Of a DNA stretch of 64,000 nt, positions 36,688-46,813 are shown in pieces. A model generated the notes under the pieces. The model made no database searches. It saw only the letters and a program-made list of their open reading frames with translations, and was not told the origin of the DNA. Position 1 is the first letter of the stretch, and each line of letters opens with the position of its first letter. The DNA comes from Oopsacas minuta (lineage: Eukaryota > Animalia > Porifera): assembly GCA_024704765.1 (NCBI GenBank), contig JAKMXF010000177.1, positions 434,001 to 498,000 on the forward strand, written 5' to 3'. Position numbers and translations under genes: made by a program.

Positions 36688-38423
36688 TTACGTAATATAT
36701 AATGTCTTAGACTAGATAAGAAATTCCAATAAATTAGCCATTCATAATTGCAGAGAATTGGTAATTATTAATAATACAAAATGGATAAACTATTAAATGA
36801 ATGATAATATCATCCATAGCATAGGGTCACTAATTAGTAATTAGCTTTTAATCAATTCTGTATTCTAAAGAAATATAAACTACCTTTATAACTTGATTGT
36901 AACTAGAATGGAGTGGCTATAATTGTCAAGGTGCATACGATTATAAAGTCATATTAAGGGGGCAATAAGGGACACCTCTAGTGCCTCTAAATGTAATCAC
37001 CTATCATTGGTTGTCCCCAGGTTCCACATTCCGGGAAATTATTGAGAATGTATGGAGGAATTCGATAAGAATTTCCACGCGTGTGGTTTGACATCTAGAC
37101 ATAACATAACAAAAGTAAATAACTAAACATCCTTTTGTCCCTAGTAACCACAAAGATCTACTAAGACGTGTGGAAAATATGTGTGTAATGGCCAAGGGTG
37201 TGGAAAATTTGATAAATCCTCGAATCAAATCCCACCTTTGACCAATATAGGCCCAGATATACCAAATTGTGGTGTTTTAATTATCGGATATTTGTCCTCA
37301 AAAAAACATATAAATTGTAAAGAAAACAGGTATTTGGCTGCAAATACCTTTGGATTATTTTGTTTATCAGATATTGTTGTCTTCATTTCTCGTATAAAGA
37401 AATCGAATAAAAACAATTCAGGAAGTATAGAAGATAATTACAGTAATTTCATAATTCTTCGTTATAGTAGAGCTGTTAAACAATAAAGTATGCATTTTTG
37501 ATAGTAACCGAATATATCCAGATATTCAGTAAATTAACGAGGAAACAAACTAAAATTTCAATGTTTGAGCCTTAGGGCTGCCAGAAATACAATATTAAAT
37601 AGAAATTTCCAAAGTATACGTAGAGATCAAGGATAAATACAAAATATCAATCTCCCGATATCCGGTTATCCGATTATCGGTTTATCTCTGATAAAGAGTT
37701 AAATTATCCTGGGTCAGCCAGGGTGTGGCTATACCACTGCTACTAGGCATATCAGCTATATTTAATAATTAATATGTGAAATATGCTACAGCACACATCA
37801 GGCCCTTATCTGAGCGCGCACCCAGGCGTCCGTGATTTTTGAAAAATATTTATGAATGATCAATATCAGGTGCTATCTCCATGTTCATAATATATTAGGG
37901 TGCGGGGGGTGCCTAACTCTAGATGAAGCCCTGTAACACACTGATAGCATCAGCCTTTAAAAATTCGTAGGATCGAGCGAGGCTAATACGAAAGTCGCAC
38001 ATAGTTAGTTATAGTTGGCACATTGCTATCATAGAACCTGAATTGAAAAAGATTTAAATTCCTTACCTTGTCAAATATCCTCAAAATATTTTCTACTTTA
38101 CATGACTATTAGGACAACTTTGATATAAGTACAATCAAATCCCCTTAATAGAGCCATCGGGTAATCATTCAGACAGGTCAAGATGTCTTGGTCCCGATGT
38201 AATGATCAGATGTGATCCTATTAAGCAAGATATACTGCATTTTGAATAAATATAATAGTTTAAGTAGTTTTAAAATAAATACAAAAATGCAAGAAATAAG
38301 TTCACAAAATAATTTAATAAAATTCTTTGAGGATGGATGTACAAAACCTCACCAATAAACAGGTATTATAAAAATACAGCTTAGACTAGCAAAGTATATT
38401 TAACACTTAGCTAAGTAACAAAC

Positions 38424-41400
38424 TCAGTTCATATTTTGATAAATAGTCTCTGATAATTTGAGAGAGATCTTCATAGCATTAGCAACAATAGTCTGTATCT
38501 GATGACTGTCATTGTTACACTTGACAGCATCTTTCAATTCTTCTTCATTATGATAGAGAGATAGTTCACAGAATTCTCTACCGACGCTAATATTTTGAGT
38601 GCAGTATTCTATTCCAGTAGTCAACTTAGCAATCGTGTTTTCAAATTGGTAGTACTCAACTTTACGGTAATTCTTAAGTAAGATTAATTTGTCTTTGAGA
38701 TGAGCAGTTAGGGTAGGGGATCCTTTCTTATCAACCGTAAGAATGGGGGAGTTAATTCCATCAGGAAAAATCATATCATAGAAGCCAGAATGTTTTTCTA
38801 AAGGTGTAGAACTCTCTGTACGTAGCCTGACATCGTGGGCCTTTGTAGGATCTAGTTTCTTTCTGTCAGCTACAATAGTTGCTAACATCCATACGAGAGG
38901 ACTCTCACTGACGTCAATCACCTGTAGCTGCTCATCTAGAATAATTCTGACAGATCGGTTTAAAGTTACTTGAATATTAACCATCCATGTAATGACTTGG
39001 CATCTATCTAATTGAACAAATTCACATTGCTGGATTGAATTCATAAATATAGATTTAGTTGACAGCTTATGTATGTCATTGGCTAGCTTAATCCCGGGAC
39101 AGAACCCGCAGCCTAGAGCTCTATTGGTGAGACCATGTGGGTCTTCTATCGGAGGAATAGAAGTGGGAGGATCTTCTTGTACTGGTTGAATGGGAGATGA
39201 TTGGATTTTCAAATCTTTTAAGTATTCGGCTAAAAGATTAATGTCCTCTTCAACAGAATCAAATTTGCGATTGTTTCTTCCTTTTAATAAACAGTTTTCG
39301 AAATCATTCAAGTTGATTGATGAGCCGATACTTTGGAAAGAATCAAAACCTTCAAGTACATAGAAGTAACCAAATCTTGTAATGAATTTAAGATTCTTGA
39401 GCATTTCTGCATTTTTCGCAGGAAAGTGTGAAAGTTGGTTACAGAGCAAAGATTGTATCTTAATTGTACCAGCAGTATTCCAATCGTTGTTAAAGGTGTT
39501 TTCGCCAGCTGAAACGAGAACATTCTTATTATTGCGGTAGTGATGTTCTCTGCAGAGTCCATGATCAAAAGTATTCAGCATAACTTTGGGATTAATGCAG
39601 TGGTTTGACATGATCAATGCCAGACTACCTTCAAGAATATAGTGACTGGTGGTTGACTTATAGCTTTTTGTCAGAGCAGTGTTTGACTCTAACTGTGATA
39701 CTTCATTTGAGAGCTTATGAATAGCTGCTGCAGTGCCATGTGCAGAGAGATGAATATACCTATCTCTCACGTCGATATGAATGAAAGCTCCGCTATTATT
39801 AGATAATATATTCTCGAAAAAATGAGTTGAAGTACGAAGGCTATTACTAAGTAAACTAGAAAATCTTTTATTAAACGACAATTCCAATTGAGACCGCTCG
39901 AATAACTTAGTGATATCTCTTGTGAACACGAGACAATGCCATGCCTGGAATAGTAGAACAGATATCCTACGGAGAGCTGACTCTCTAATGACATGTATAG
40001 GCTCACCTGCTATTGGCCACGTGTAGACTATTTCATGCACGTCATTAGAAGTAATCTTATATCCTAACCAGAAAAATTCTTCCAGCATTAGTCCTAACAT
40101 ATTATCTATAGAAGGTCTCCTAAGCAGTTCTAACATGGAGTAGAGCGAGCTATCAATTTCATTATTCACAACTTGATCTTGTTTACATTTCATTTTATTA
40201 TAAATATGCAAAACCAGAGCTTCAAATTGTGCTGTAATTACAACGCACGTGTTGTTTTCAGAATCACGACATTTTAAGATACCAGTGTGTCGTGCCCAGT
40301 GTATTAAAATCCATAAAAACCCAAAGAATACCCCTTCAGTCTTGCGGTATAATCCTAAGATATATTCAGCCTTCAACACTCCGTCGCTCTCAACAGTTAT
40401 ATCTACGCTAATTTCTGTGCATCTCTCATCTTGTGAGTCTACCTTACAGTTAAGAAATGGGAAACCCTCAAATTTCTCTGTTTTACAACTGGAAATATGT
40501 CCGAGGGGAGGGGAGATAAATGATTTCAAAAGATGTTTCCGTTTCTTAGCGATTTCTAATGTTTTGAATTTCTCTGATTGTGGAATTGAATCCATTCCAA
40601 ACTCGGTCAAGGTCACACAAACGTCTAAGTCTGATTGCAATTCACATAGGTATTTGGAAACAGATCCGTATGCTTCTATACGGAAAATATCTTCTACTTG
40701 ACAGGTCTCATCAGTTCTACAAGCATGGAAAGCGTATTTGTTGATAGCAGAATGGATCTTAGGTAGTAAATTAATCTTTCCCTCTACAACATTAACAATA
40801 TTATCACTATTTCTTGATATGTATTCCCGTGCAGACTTCCCTATCCCTGTATGAAGGTTATGTCCGATAGGGATTGGTTGTTGATATATGGATACAATCT
40901 CACACAGGTATTCTCCAACTAACCAAGGAAAAGAGAGGAAAATGATATCATTTGTTTGTTGTTGTTGATATTGGTAAGCTGTAATATACCATGCTGCTGC
41001 TTTACTCCGATAATCACTTCTTGTTGTCCCTCTATAAAACTTTTCCCTAAATTCTTCCGCTAAGCAGGTAGTAGCAGCTTCCAATGTTCTAATAATCTTG
41101 CTTTTATCTGCGATCAAGAGAGGGTGACACTTCAGCACTAAGCATAACACGACTTCTGCTTCTGTTTCAATGCCAAGAGATAGCATTATAGCTCTTATAG
41201 AATTTTGATATTCGAAATATCTAATACTGGCATCTTTCATGTAATCCTCATAGCCACGTATCTTGAACATATCAATTGCTATATTTCCAGGAGTTTTCTG
41301 ATTGAAATTACGCCCGCTATAATAACTGAGAAGACTCTCCCAACCATTTATGTCTCCGAAACAAACAGCACTAGCTTGTTGGTAGAATTCTCCTAGCAAT

Positions 41401-44400
41401 TTGCTTGACTTATAAGAAACATTCTCTGTCTTCTCCATGAAGTCTGGATACCCTTTCTCTCTAATTAATTGCTTGGCTTTTTCAGGAATAACTGGGAATA
41501 TATTAGTTTTAGGAGCATCTACAGCTAATGAAGCTAGCTTAGCTAGTTCTATTGAAAGATTGTCTCTAGCTCCATCAGGCTTCATATCGCTAATGGCTAC
41601 ATGGTAGTGGGATATGATCCCTAATAAGCTATTAGAAATAACATGGCAGTATGACTGCGCTAATATATCCTGGATGTCTGTAGTGTTTGCGTCTAACACA
41701 GTTATTTCTTTATTAACATTCTGTTGCGAATCTCCAACACTATCTGTGTATTCTTTCAGGACCTGATCGTAATTCAGTGAGGGAAATGTAGCAGTTTGGG
41801 GTGGGATTAAGTCTTCATCCCATATAATTGCAAACTCGTCTCCATCCAGATCCCCACCTCCACTACAAGCCGGAAGCGACGTAGTACCTTTGATAGGAAA
41901 CACGATTACATTGTGTAGATTATGGAGCTCCTCCTTGTCTACTGCTGTAGGCGTTAGCAAATCTCCTGGATGAAGACACGGGTTCTTATAAACAAGCATC
42001 CTTCCTGTTAATCTCCGTATGAGAAGTCTATCTGATGGACGTTCCTCATAGGTGATGTATACTTCTCCGTCTTCAAGCACTCCGATTGGATCAGGGATAC
42101 CCATCAAGATACAGCCGTTTTCCATTGGAATATGAAATCTTTTAGACAAATTATTAACATTGTGTGCATAGATACAACGTAATAATGATATGAAGTATGG
42201 TTCACAGAGAATATCGAAATATTTACTTGTTTCTTTAGGGTAATTATGTAAATGTGAGATTAATTGGCGATTAGCAGTATTTACATCAGTGAAGAGCATT
42301 GCGTTGTGTTCCAGCGCATGTGAGAATATCAGTTTTAATTTAGGTTTAGGGTCCCATTGTAGTTTACTCGAGTCTCTTAAACTTGTTAATAAAGTCAGCA
42401 TTTGTGTATTGAGGAATAACCTATTGTATTTACCAGCTTTAACAATACATAACATAGAATCAGTCCATTCTATTTTCTTCATAGATTCCCTATACATGAT
42501 ACTGTATTGTTTGTTAGTAGATTGTAAATCAGTATCTGTATCATCTACTATAGTTAATACGCCTTTGAGACCAGCTAGCCTGATCTGTATTGCAGAAGTG
42601 TTATCTGTAGTTGGATTGTTCTTTAGTTTTATAGCATCAAATATCTCAGCAGCTTTAGATTTAAGAATCTTACCATTCCCATCAGTTAAGTTTCCACCAT
42701 TAGTAGCAAACAAATCTTGTAACATTATAGTATCCTGCTCATTAATCTTACATACAGGATAATCTGTCGTACAAAATAAACCTAGTCTTGTGAGGTATTT
42801 AGTCTCATTCTTAATCTTAGAATTCCCAATCAGCTGATGCCTGATTTCCCTAATTCTATCAGAAACATTATCTGTACCTCTTATATTAATGAAAATAGCT
42901 TTCTTGCTTCTCAGCTGACTACCACTACAAACTAGAAAATAAAAACTAACTCCCTCGATTTCGATCCCAGATTTGAGTATCCGCTCAACTCTGTGAATGA
43001 CGTCAGAATTCTTAAGCGCTTCGCCATGCTCCTCACAGAATGCTAAATTCAGAAACCGTTCATTAGGAAACATCCTGTATAACCTGTTGCATTGCGCTAG
43101 GAAAGGTTGGATTGGAATAACTGTAGCTGGAGTCACCATTGCAGTTTCAATGAATCTGAAATTATTGGATAGAGACATACTAGTGTCAACATGAGTATGT
43201 ACTCTAATAGAATTCAATATATCATTAAAAGTATTGTATAGATCAAAGAAATAATAGGTAATACCAACTGATAATCGTGAGAGTAGCTGTGACAGAGTTA
43301 AGTTAATATCATCAATTTCCTTCACATTCGATTCGTGAATATCACACAATATCTTGCTGAATGTTTGCTGGGGTATACATATATCTCTACAAGATTTTAA
43401 CACATTTAATTTCCATAAGGTATCCTGCATTGGTTTATAATCCAAATATAAAGGATGAGTCATCAAGCATTGAACTGGTTCATAGGTATGTGTATCAATC
43501 TCGACACGTGACTCGAATACTGGAACAGGGAAGATTGCTAAAAAATGTAAAAATGTCCATAACCGACTCCAATTATATTTATCATACTTCAGTGTAATTC
43601 CAACTACAGGGGAATTAGCGAAATCTGTCAAATATACACATTCATCACATGACAATCTTTTACCACATTTAGTATGTATAGTTGGACAATGGATAAGAGG
43701 AATATATAAAGTAACATCATCCTTGGTCCAGTTAGCTAGAATAAACCGATGTATTGAGGTCAATGGTATCTCTATGACGATCAATTGAGGAGAAGTAGGT
43801 AGAGATATTTCAATACATCTTTCTTGAAACAATTCAAAGGTCCCATTTTCATCACACTTGTATGTTTTCATTAATTCAAAAATTTGTTTATCACGAAAAT
43901 TACCCCAAGAAATAGTCTGTAAAGGCCATTTTGAGTTGATTTGTTGTCCACTCTTCCTCGGTAAGATAATTCTAGTCCAGATACCAGTAGACACCTTATT
44001 GATAATGAATCCCCATTCCATGGTTAGTAATTTGTAACGTTGATAAATGTTAGGAGATAATGTCTGTAATCCCAAAACTAGTAAGGAATCTCCAGGAGGG
44101 AATATGTGTTTGGATTTCCACTTAGAATTGTTATCAGCTAGATCAATCAGTTTAACTTTCAAGAAGTATTTTGTAAATAGAAAATCTGCGATTCTATCTT
44201 GAAGTTTAAACAACTGGTGAGAACCAGTTAAATAAAATTCTACTACACATTCTGATGATTGAATGGAAGAATCAGTCTCACGAGGAGATCTTTCCTGTTT
44301 AATATCTGCTAATTTACTCAGTATTGTCTCTGTAGTAGCTGAGGGAATCTTATTATCATTATAACAATTGGTCAATACTTTTTTAACAAGTTTTTCATGA

Positions 44401-46244
44401 AGTTGTATCTCTTCTGTAAAGATTCTCTCATCTTCTGACATTATTATATAAAACTTACTCTCGGCCCATTTCCTAGCCCTTCCCTTACTCTGTGTGAATG
44501 AAATCAGAGATTTAACGCCATCAAATCGTATAACGACATCACAATCAGGATTATCAATACCCTCTTCGAGAACAGATGTGCTAACCAATAGGTGACAATT
44601 TCCATGTCTAAACTTGTCAATAATTCCATCTTGTTCATTCAGCCAATTCATACCGAATGGACCACTTTGTCCTACGATCTTCAGAGGAGAATACTTTTTG
44701 TTAATTGTTTGATCTTCTTTAAGAATGTTTGTCAGCATATGAGCCAGACGTCTGGTTTTGACAAATACTAATATTTTAGAACTTTTTGGTAATTCTGTGA
44801 GTATTGATAGAAGCTTTAACACCCGGGGAGACAATACTTTATCAGGTTTAAGGTCCTTGATTATGTCTAGGTTTTCTAGCATTTTGTGAGCATCTGTAAT
44901 TCCTAGCATTTCTGTAATCTCTAACACGTCACAGATTATCTTCATTGACTTAACATGTTGTTCTAGTAATATATCGTTATTCAATTCTAATTGATATAAC
45001 ATAGTGGATAATTGAATCCTGTTTTTGTTAAGTTTCCAATCTTCTTTAAAAATTAGTTCAACTTGAGAACGGTCATTAATTGCATCAGCTAGTCTGTACA
45101 ACTCTTTCTCTAGTTTTTCTAGATATTCACAAAGTGCCCAAACAGGCTTTTCAGTAATGATCTGTTTCTTTATCTTAGCGTCATCAATAGCATGTTTATC
45201 TAAAGATAGATTGTGACAGATAGGAGCATTGAAGAATACCTTCCTAAACTTGTCTAATAGCACTTTAGTATTCTCAGGATTACCTTTAGTAGAGGGAGGA
45301 GATGCAGTTAGACCCAATACCCTGGGACGAGGATTACAACCAGCGATCATTTCCAGCAAGATAACATAGTCATGAGATTTCGTAGCATGATGACACTCGT
45401 CAAATATCACCAAGCAGAATTTACTCACTCTAACCTCTCTCTCTAAAGCAAGGTAAGCACCAGCTGTTGATACTACGACATCGTAGAATCCTTGATTCAG
45501 TTGCATGCGTTTCAAGTTTGTATTGAATTCACTGGTGATAGGACAAGCTCTCAAGTGTGTGTCTGTGCTAATAGATTCTGCCTGCTGGAATACTAACGGA
45601 ATTCTGTCTACAATGAATAGCACCATCCTGGAAGGATTCAATGCCTTCATTCTAGCAGTAATGATACTAGCTACTAACGTTTTCCCGTAACCAGTGGGTA
45701 GAACTAATACAAGATCTCTCTGTAGAGCTTCTATATAAGCTGTGATCTGATAGTCCCTGGGTGTCACATCTGACATTATGATGTCATCATAATTGAAGTC
45801 TGATATATTTTCAGGGTTTGGCCAGTTGATGGAAACAGCTTTGGGGGTAGTTTTAGTTGGAACAGTCAAAATGTTAGTGAGTCCGGGGAAGCCATAAAAA
45901 TTATGAGGATACCGGATCTTTATTCCATTGTAAGGTGGGTTTGTATACAAATTGTGCCAGCGATCTTTCTTTTCTGATTTTTTCCCCAAGACAACTACTC
46001 CCTGGCCAAATGCCATTATGTCAGCGTGGTTAGGACCAAAGCAGTGCTTCGTGCCAATTTTAGAATTACAATATAAACATATTATAAAATATTGGCTGCG
46101 TTTATCGTTAATGAATTTAAACTTATCTTCGTAGAAAATAGACTCTTCGAATTTTATCATCAGTTCTACGAACTTATCTCGTTTTTGGAAGAAACACAGA
46201 TCATCAGCAGGGACCAAAGCTTTATGACAATGACCACAATTCAT
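38424..46244 (-). CDS. 2606-aa fusion: CxxC/CxxC Zn domain + Dicer/RIG-I-like DExH helicase + eukaryotic RNA-dependent RNA polymerase + Cid1/TUTase-like nucleotidyltransferase + unassigned C-terminus
   Basis: Helicase motifs: PTGYGKT (45678-45698), DECH (45390-45401), LTAS, VFVKTR, STSVLEEGID, QSKGRAR (44472-44492). RdRP motifs: SGSQLR, RLGLF, TDGNG, AIQIRLAGLKGVL, KNPCLHPGD, GGDLDGDEF (DLDGD 41838-41852), KAAAWY, LSFPW. Nucleotidyltransferase motifs: YGS (40662-40670), SDLD (40623-40631), VDIT (40401-40403), LIHWAR, LGLMLEEFF. Confidence 0.95.
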   Translation of the reverse strand: MNCGHCHKALVPADDLCFFQKRDKFVELMIKFEESIFYEDKFKFINDKRSQYFIICLYCNSKIGTKHCFGPNHADIMAFGQGVVVLGKKSEKKDRWHNLYTNPPYNGIKIRYPHNFYGFPGLTNILTVPTKTTPKAVSINWPNPENISDFNYDDIIMSDVTPRDYQITAYIEALQRDLVLVLPTGYGKTLVASIITARMKALNPSRMVLFIVDRIPLVFQQAESISTDTHLRACPITSEFNTNLKRMQLNQGFYDVVVSTAGAYLALEREVRVSKFCLVIFDECHHATKSHDYVILLEMIAGCNPRPRVLGLTASPPSTKGNPENTKVLLDKFRKVFFNAPICHNLSLDKHAIDDAKIKKQIITEKPVWALCEYLEKLEKELYRLADAINDRSQVELIFKEDWKLNKNRIQLSTMLYQLELNNDILLEQHVKSMKIICDVLEITEMLGITDAHKMLENLDIIKDLKPDKVLSPRVLKLLSILTELPKSSKILVFVKTRRLAHMLTNILKEDQTINKKYSPLKIVGQSGPFGMNWLNEQDGIIDKFRHGNCHLLVSTSVLEEGIDNPDCDVVIRFDGVKSLISFTQSKGRARKWAESKFYIIMSEDERIFTEEIQLHEKLVKKVLTNCYNDNKIPSATTETILSKLADIKQERSPRETDSSIQSSECVVEFYLTGSHQLFKLQDRIADFLFTKYFLKVKLIDLADNNSKWKSKHIFPPGDSLLVLGLQTLSPNIYQRYKLLTMEWGFIINKVSTGIWTRIILPRKSGQQINSKWPLQTISWGNFRDKQIFELMKTYKCDENGTFELFQERCIEISLPTSPQLIVIEIPLTSIHRFILANWTKDDVTLYIPLIHCPTIHTKCGKRLSCDECVYLTDFANSPVVGITLKYDKYNWSRLWTFLHFLAIFPVPVFESRVEIDTHTYEPVQCLMTHPLYLDYKPMQDTLWKLNVLKSCRDICIPQQTFSKILCDIHESNVKEIDDINLTLSQLLSRLSVGITYYFFDLYNTFNDILNSIRVHTHVDTSMSLSNNFRFIETAMVTPATVIPIQPFLAQCNRLYRMFPNERFLNLAFCEEHGEALKNSDVIHRVERILKSGIEIEGVSFYFLVCSGSQLRSKKAIFINIRGTDNVSDRIREIRHQLIGNSKIKNETKYLTRLGLFCTTDYPVCKINEQDTIMLQDLFATNGGNLTDGNGKILKSKAAEIFDAIKLKNNPTTDNTSAIQIRLAGLKGVLTIVDDTDTDLQSTNKQYSIMYRESMKKIEWTDSMLCIVKAGKYNRLFLNTQMLTLLTSLRDSSKLQWDPKPKLKLIFSHALEHNAMLFTDVNTANRQLISHLHNYPKETSKYFDILCEPYFISLLRCIYAHNVNNLSKRFHIPMENGCILMGIPDPIGVLEDGEVYITYEERPSDRLLIRRLTGRMLVYKNPCLHPGDLLTPTAVDKEELHNLHNVIVFPIKGTTSLPACSGGGDLDGDEFAIIWDEDLIPPQTATFPSLNYDQVLKEYTDSVGDSQQNVNKEITVLDANTTDIQDILAQSYCHVISNSLLGIISHYHVAISDMKPDGARDNLSIELAKLASLAVDAPKTNIFPVIPEKAKQLIREKGYPDFMEKTENVSYKSSKLLGEFYQQASAVCFGDINGWESLLSYYSGRNFNQKTPGNIAIDMFKIRGYEDYMKDASIRYFEYQNSIRAIMLSLGIETEAEVVLCLVLKCHPLLIADKSKIIRTLEAATTCLAEEFREKFYRGTTRSDYRSKAAAWYITAYQYQQQQTNDIIFLSFPWLVGEYLCEIVSIYQQPIPIGHNLHTGIGKSAREYISRNSDNIVNVVEGKINLLPKIHSAINKYAFHACRTDETCQVEDIFRIEAYGSVSKYLCELQSDLDVCVTLTEFGMDSIPQSEKFKTLEIAKKRKHLLKSFISPPLGHISSCKTEKFEGFPFLNCKVDSQDERCTEISVDITVESDGVLKAEYILGLYRKTEGVFFGFLWILIHWARHTGILKCRDSENNTCVVITAQFEALVLHIYNKMKCKQDQVVNNEIDSSLYSMLELLRRPSIDNMLGLMLEEFFWLGYKITSNDVHEIVYTWPIAGEPIHVIRESALRRISVLLFQAWHCLVFTRDITKLFERSQLELSFNKRFSSLLSNSLRTSTHFFENILSNNSGAFIHIDVRDRYIHLSAHGTAAAIHKLSNEVSQLESNTALTKSYKSTTSHYILEGSLALIMSNHCINPKVMLNTFDHGLCREHHYRNNKNVLVSAGENTFNNDWNTAGTIKIQSLLCNQLSHFPAKNAEMLKNLKFITRFGYFYVLEGFDSFQSIGSSINLNDFENCLLKGRNNRKFDSVEEDINLLAEYLKDLKIQSSPIQPVQEDPPTSIPPIEDPHGLTNRALGCGFCPGIKLANDIHKLSTKSIFMNSIQQCEFVQLDRCQVITWMVNIQVTLNRSVRIILDEQLQVIDVSESPLVWMLATIVADRKKLDPTKAHDVRLRTESSTPLEKHSGFYDMIFPDGINSPILTVDKKGSPTLTAHLKDKLILLKNYRKVEYYQFENTIAKLTTGIEYCTQNISVGREFCELSLYHNEEELKDAVKCNNDSHQIQTIVANAMKISLKLSETIYQNMN

Positions 46245-46377
46245 CGGAATAAGCTAGTGAGATAATTCATTGGTAAATGCATGTAAGTGAAAAGTGAGAA
46301 ATTACTGTATTTCGCTTTTAGTATATACTAGCAGAGGTATTGAAAGTCGAGTGCGGACTAGACTTTTCACTATATGA

Positions 46378-46813
46378 CTAGCGGACGTCGCTGCGCGACT
46401 ACTTAGGGCCTCAAGTTAGCTTAAGATTTATTAAACAGTAACATTTCTTGATGCTTTTCGGCACTACGTGCCTCGGAGATAAATTTTGTGGAAATTTTCA
46501 AATTATGGCTTTATACACCCAATTACCCTGACTTGTTGAAACCTCAACTCTAGCTTGCTTTTGAATTACATAATAAGGTGTGAAAAATGTATTTTAGAAA
46601 AAGTCATTACCAAGGTGCAAATCTCCGACCCAAAAAGTAAAAACATACCAATTTTCATGAAATCTGACTGTTAGATTTCGCACGGCCGCAAGTCGAACAT
46701 CGTCCATGCCATTACTGCAGCCCAGGAGGAAGAAATTTTATTTGTCCGGCAATGGCCGCACCTACTGTACCCACTCCTCCGACCATGATTAGGGCCAGAT
46801 AGGAGCTGCACTA
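46378..46813 (-). repeat. Helitron-like 3' end plus a HINE-like repeat copy, directly upstream of the RdRP gene
   Basis: Minus strand GTCGC-GCA-GCGAC hairpin followed by GTCCG CTAG|T ending at 46378. 46500-46813 is the reverse complement of the 6787/21818 repeat family. Confidence 0.55.

Noticed and set aside
34504-37486. Short ORFs between GALNT and the RdRP gene (including chance WHPD and ILDLG peptides)
   Set aside because: They are isolated motifs without context, lying among repeats.
39308-46134. Plus-strand ORFs antisense to the RdRP gene (also those antisense to DYRK, GALNT, MFSD8, ZER1 and the transposases)
   Set aside because: They are shadow ORFs of real coding sequence with no independent motifs.
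38424-46244. Dicer, or an endogenous RNA-virus polymerase
   Set aside because: No RNase III (ERLEFLGD-type) or PAZ motifs were recognised. The polymerase has the cellular DxDGD double-psi-barrel signature, not a viral GDD palm motif.
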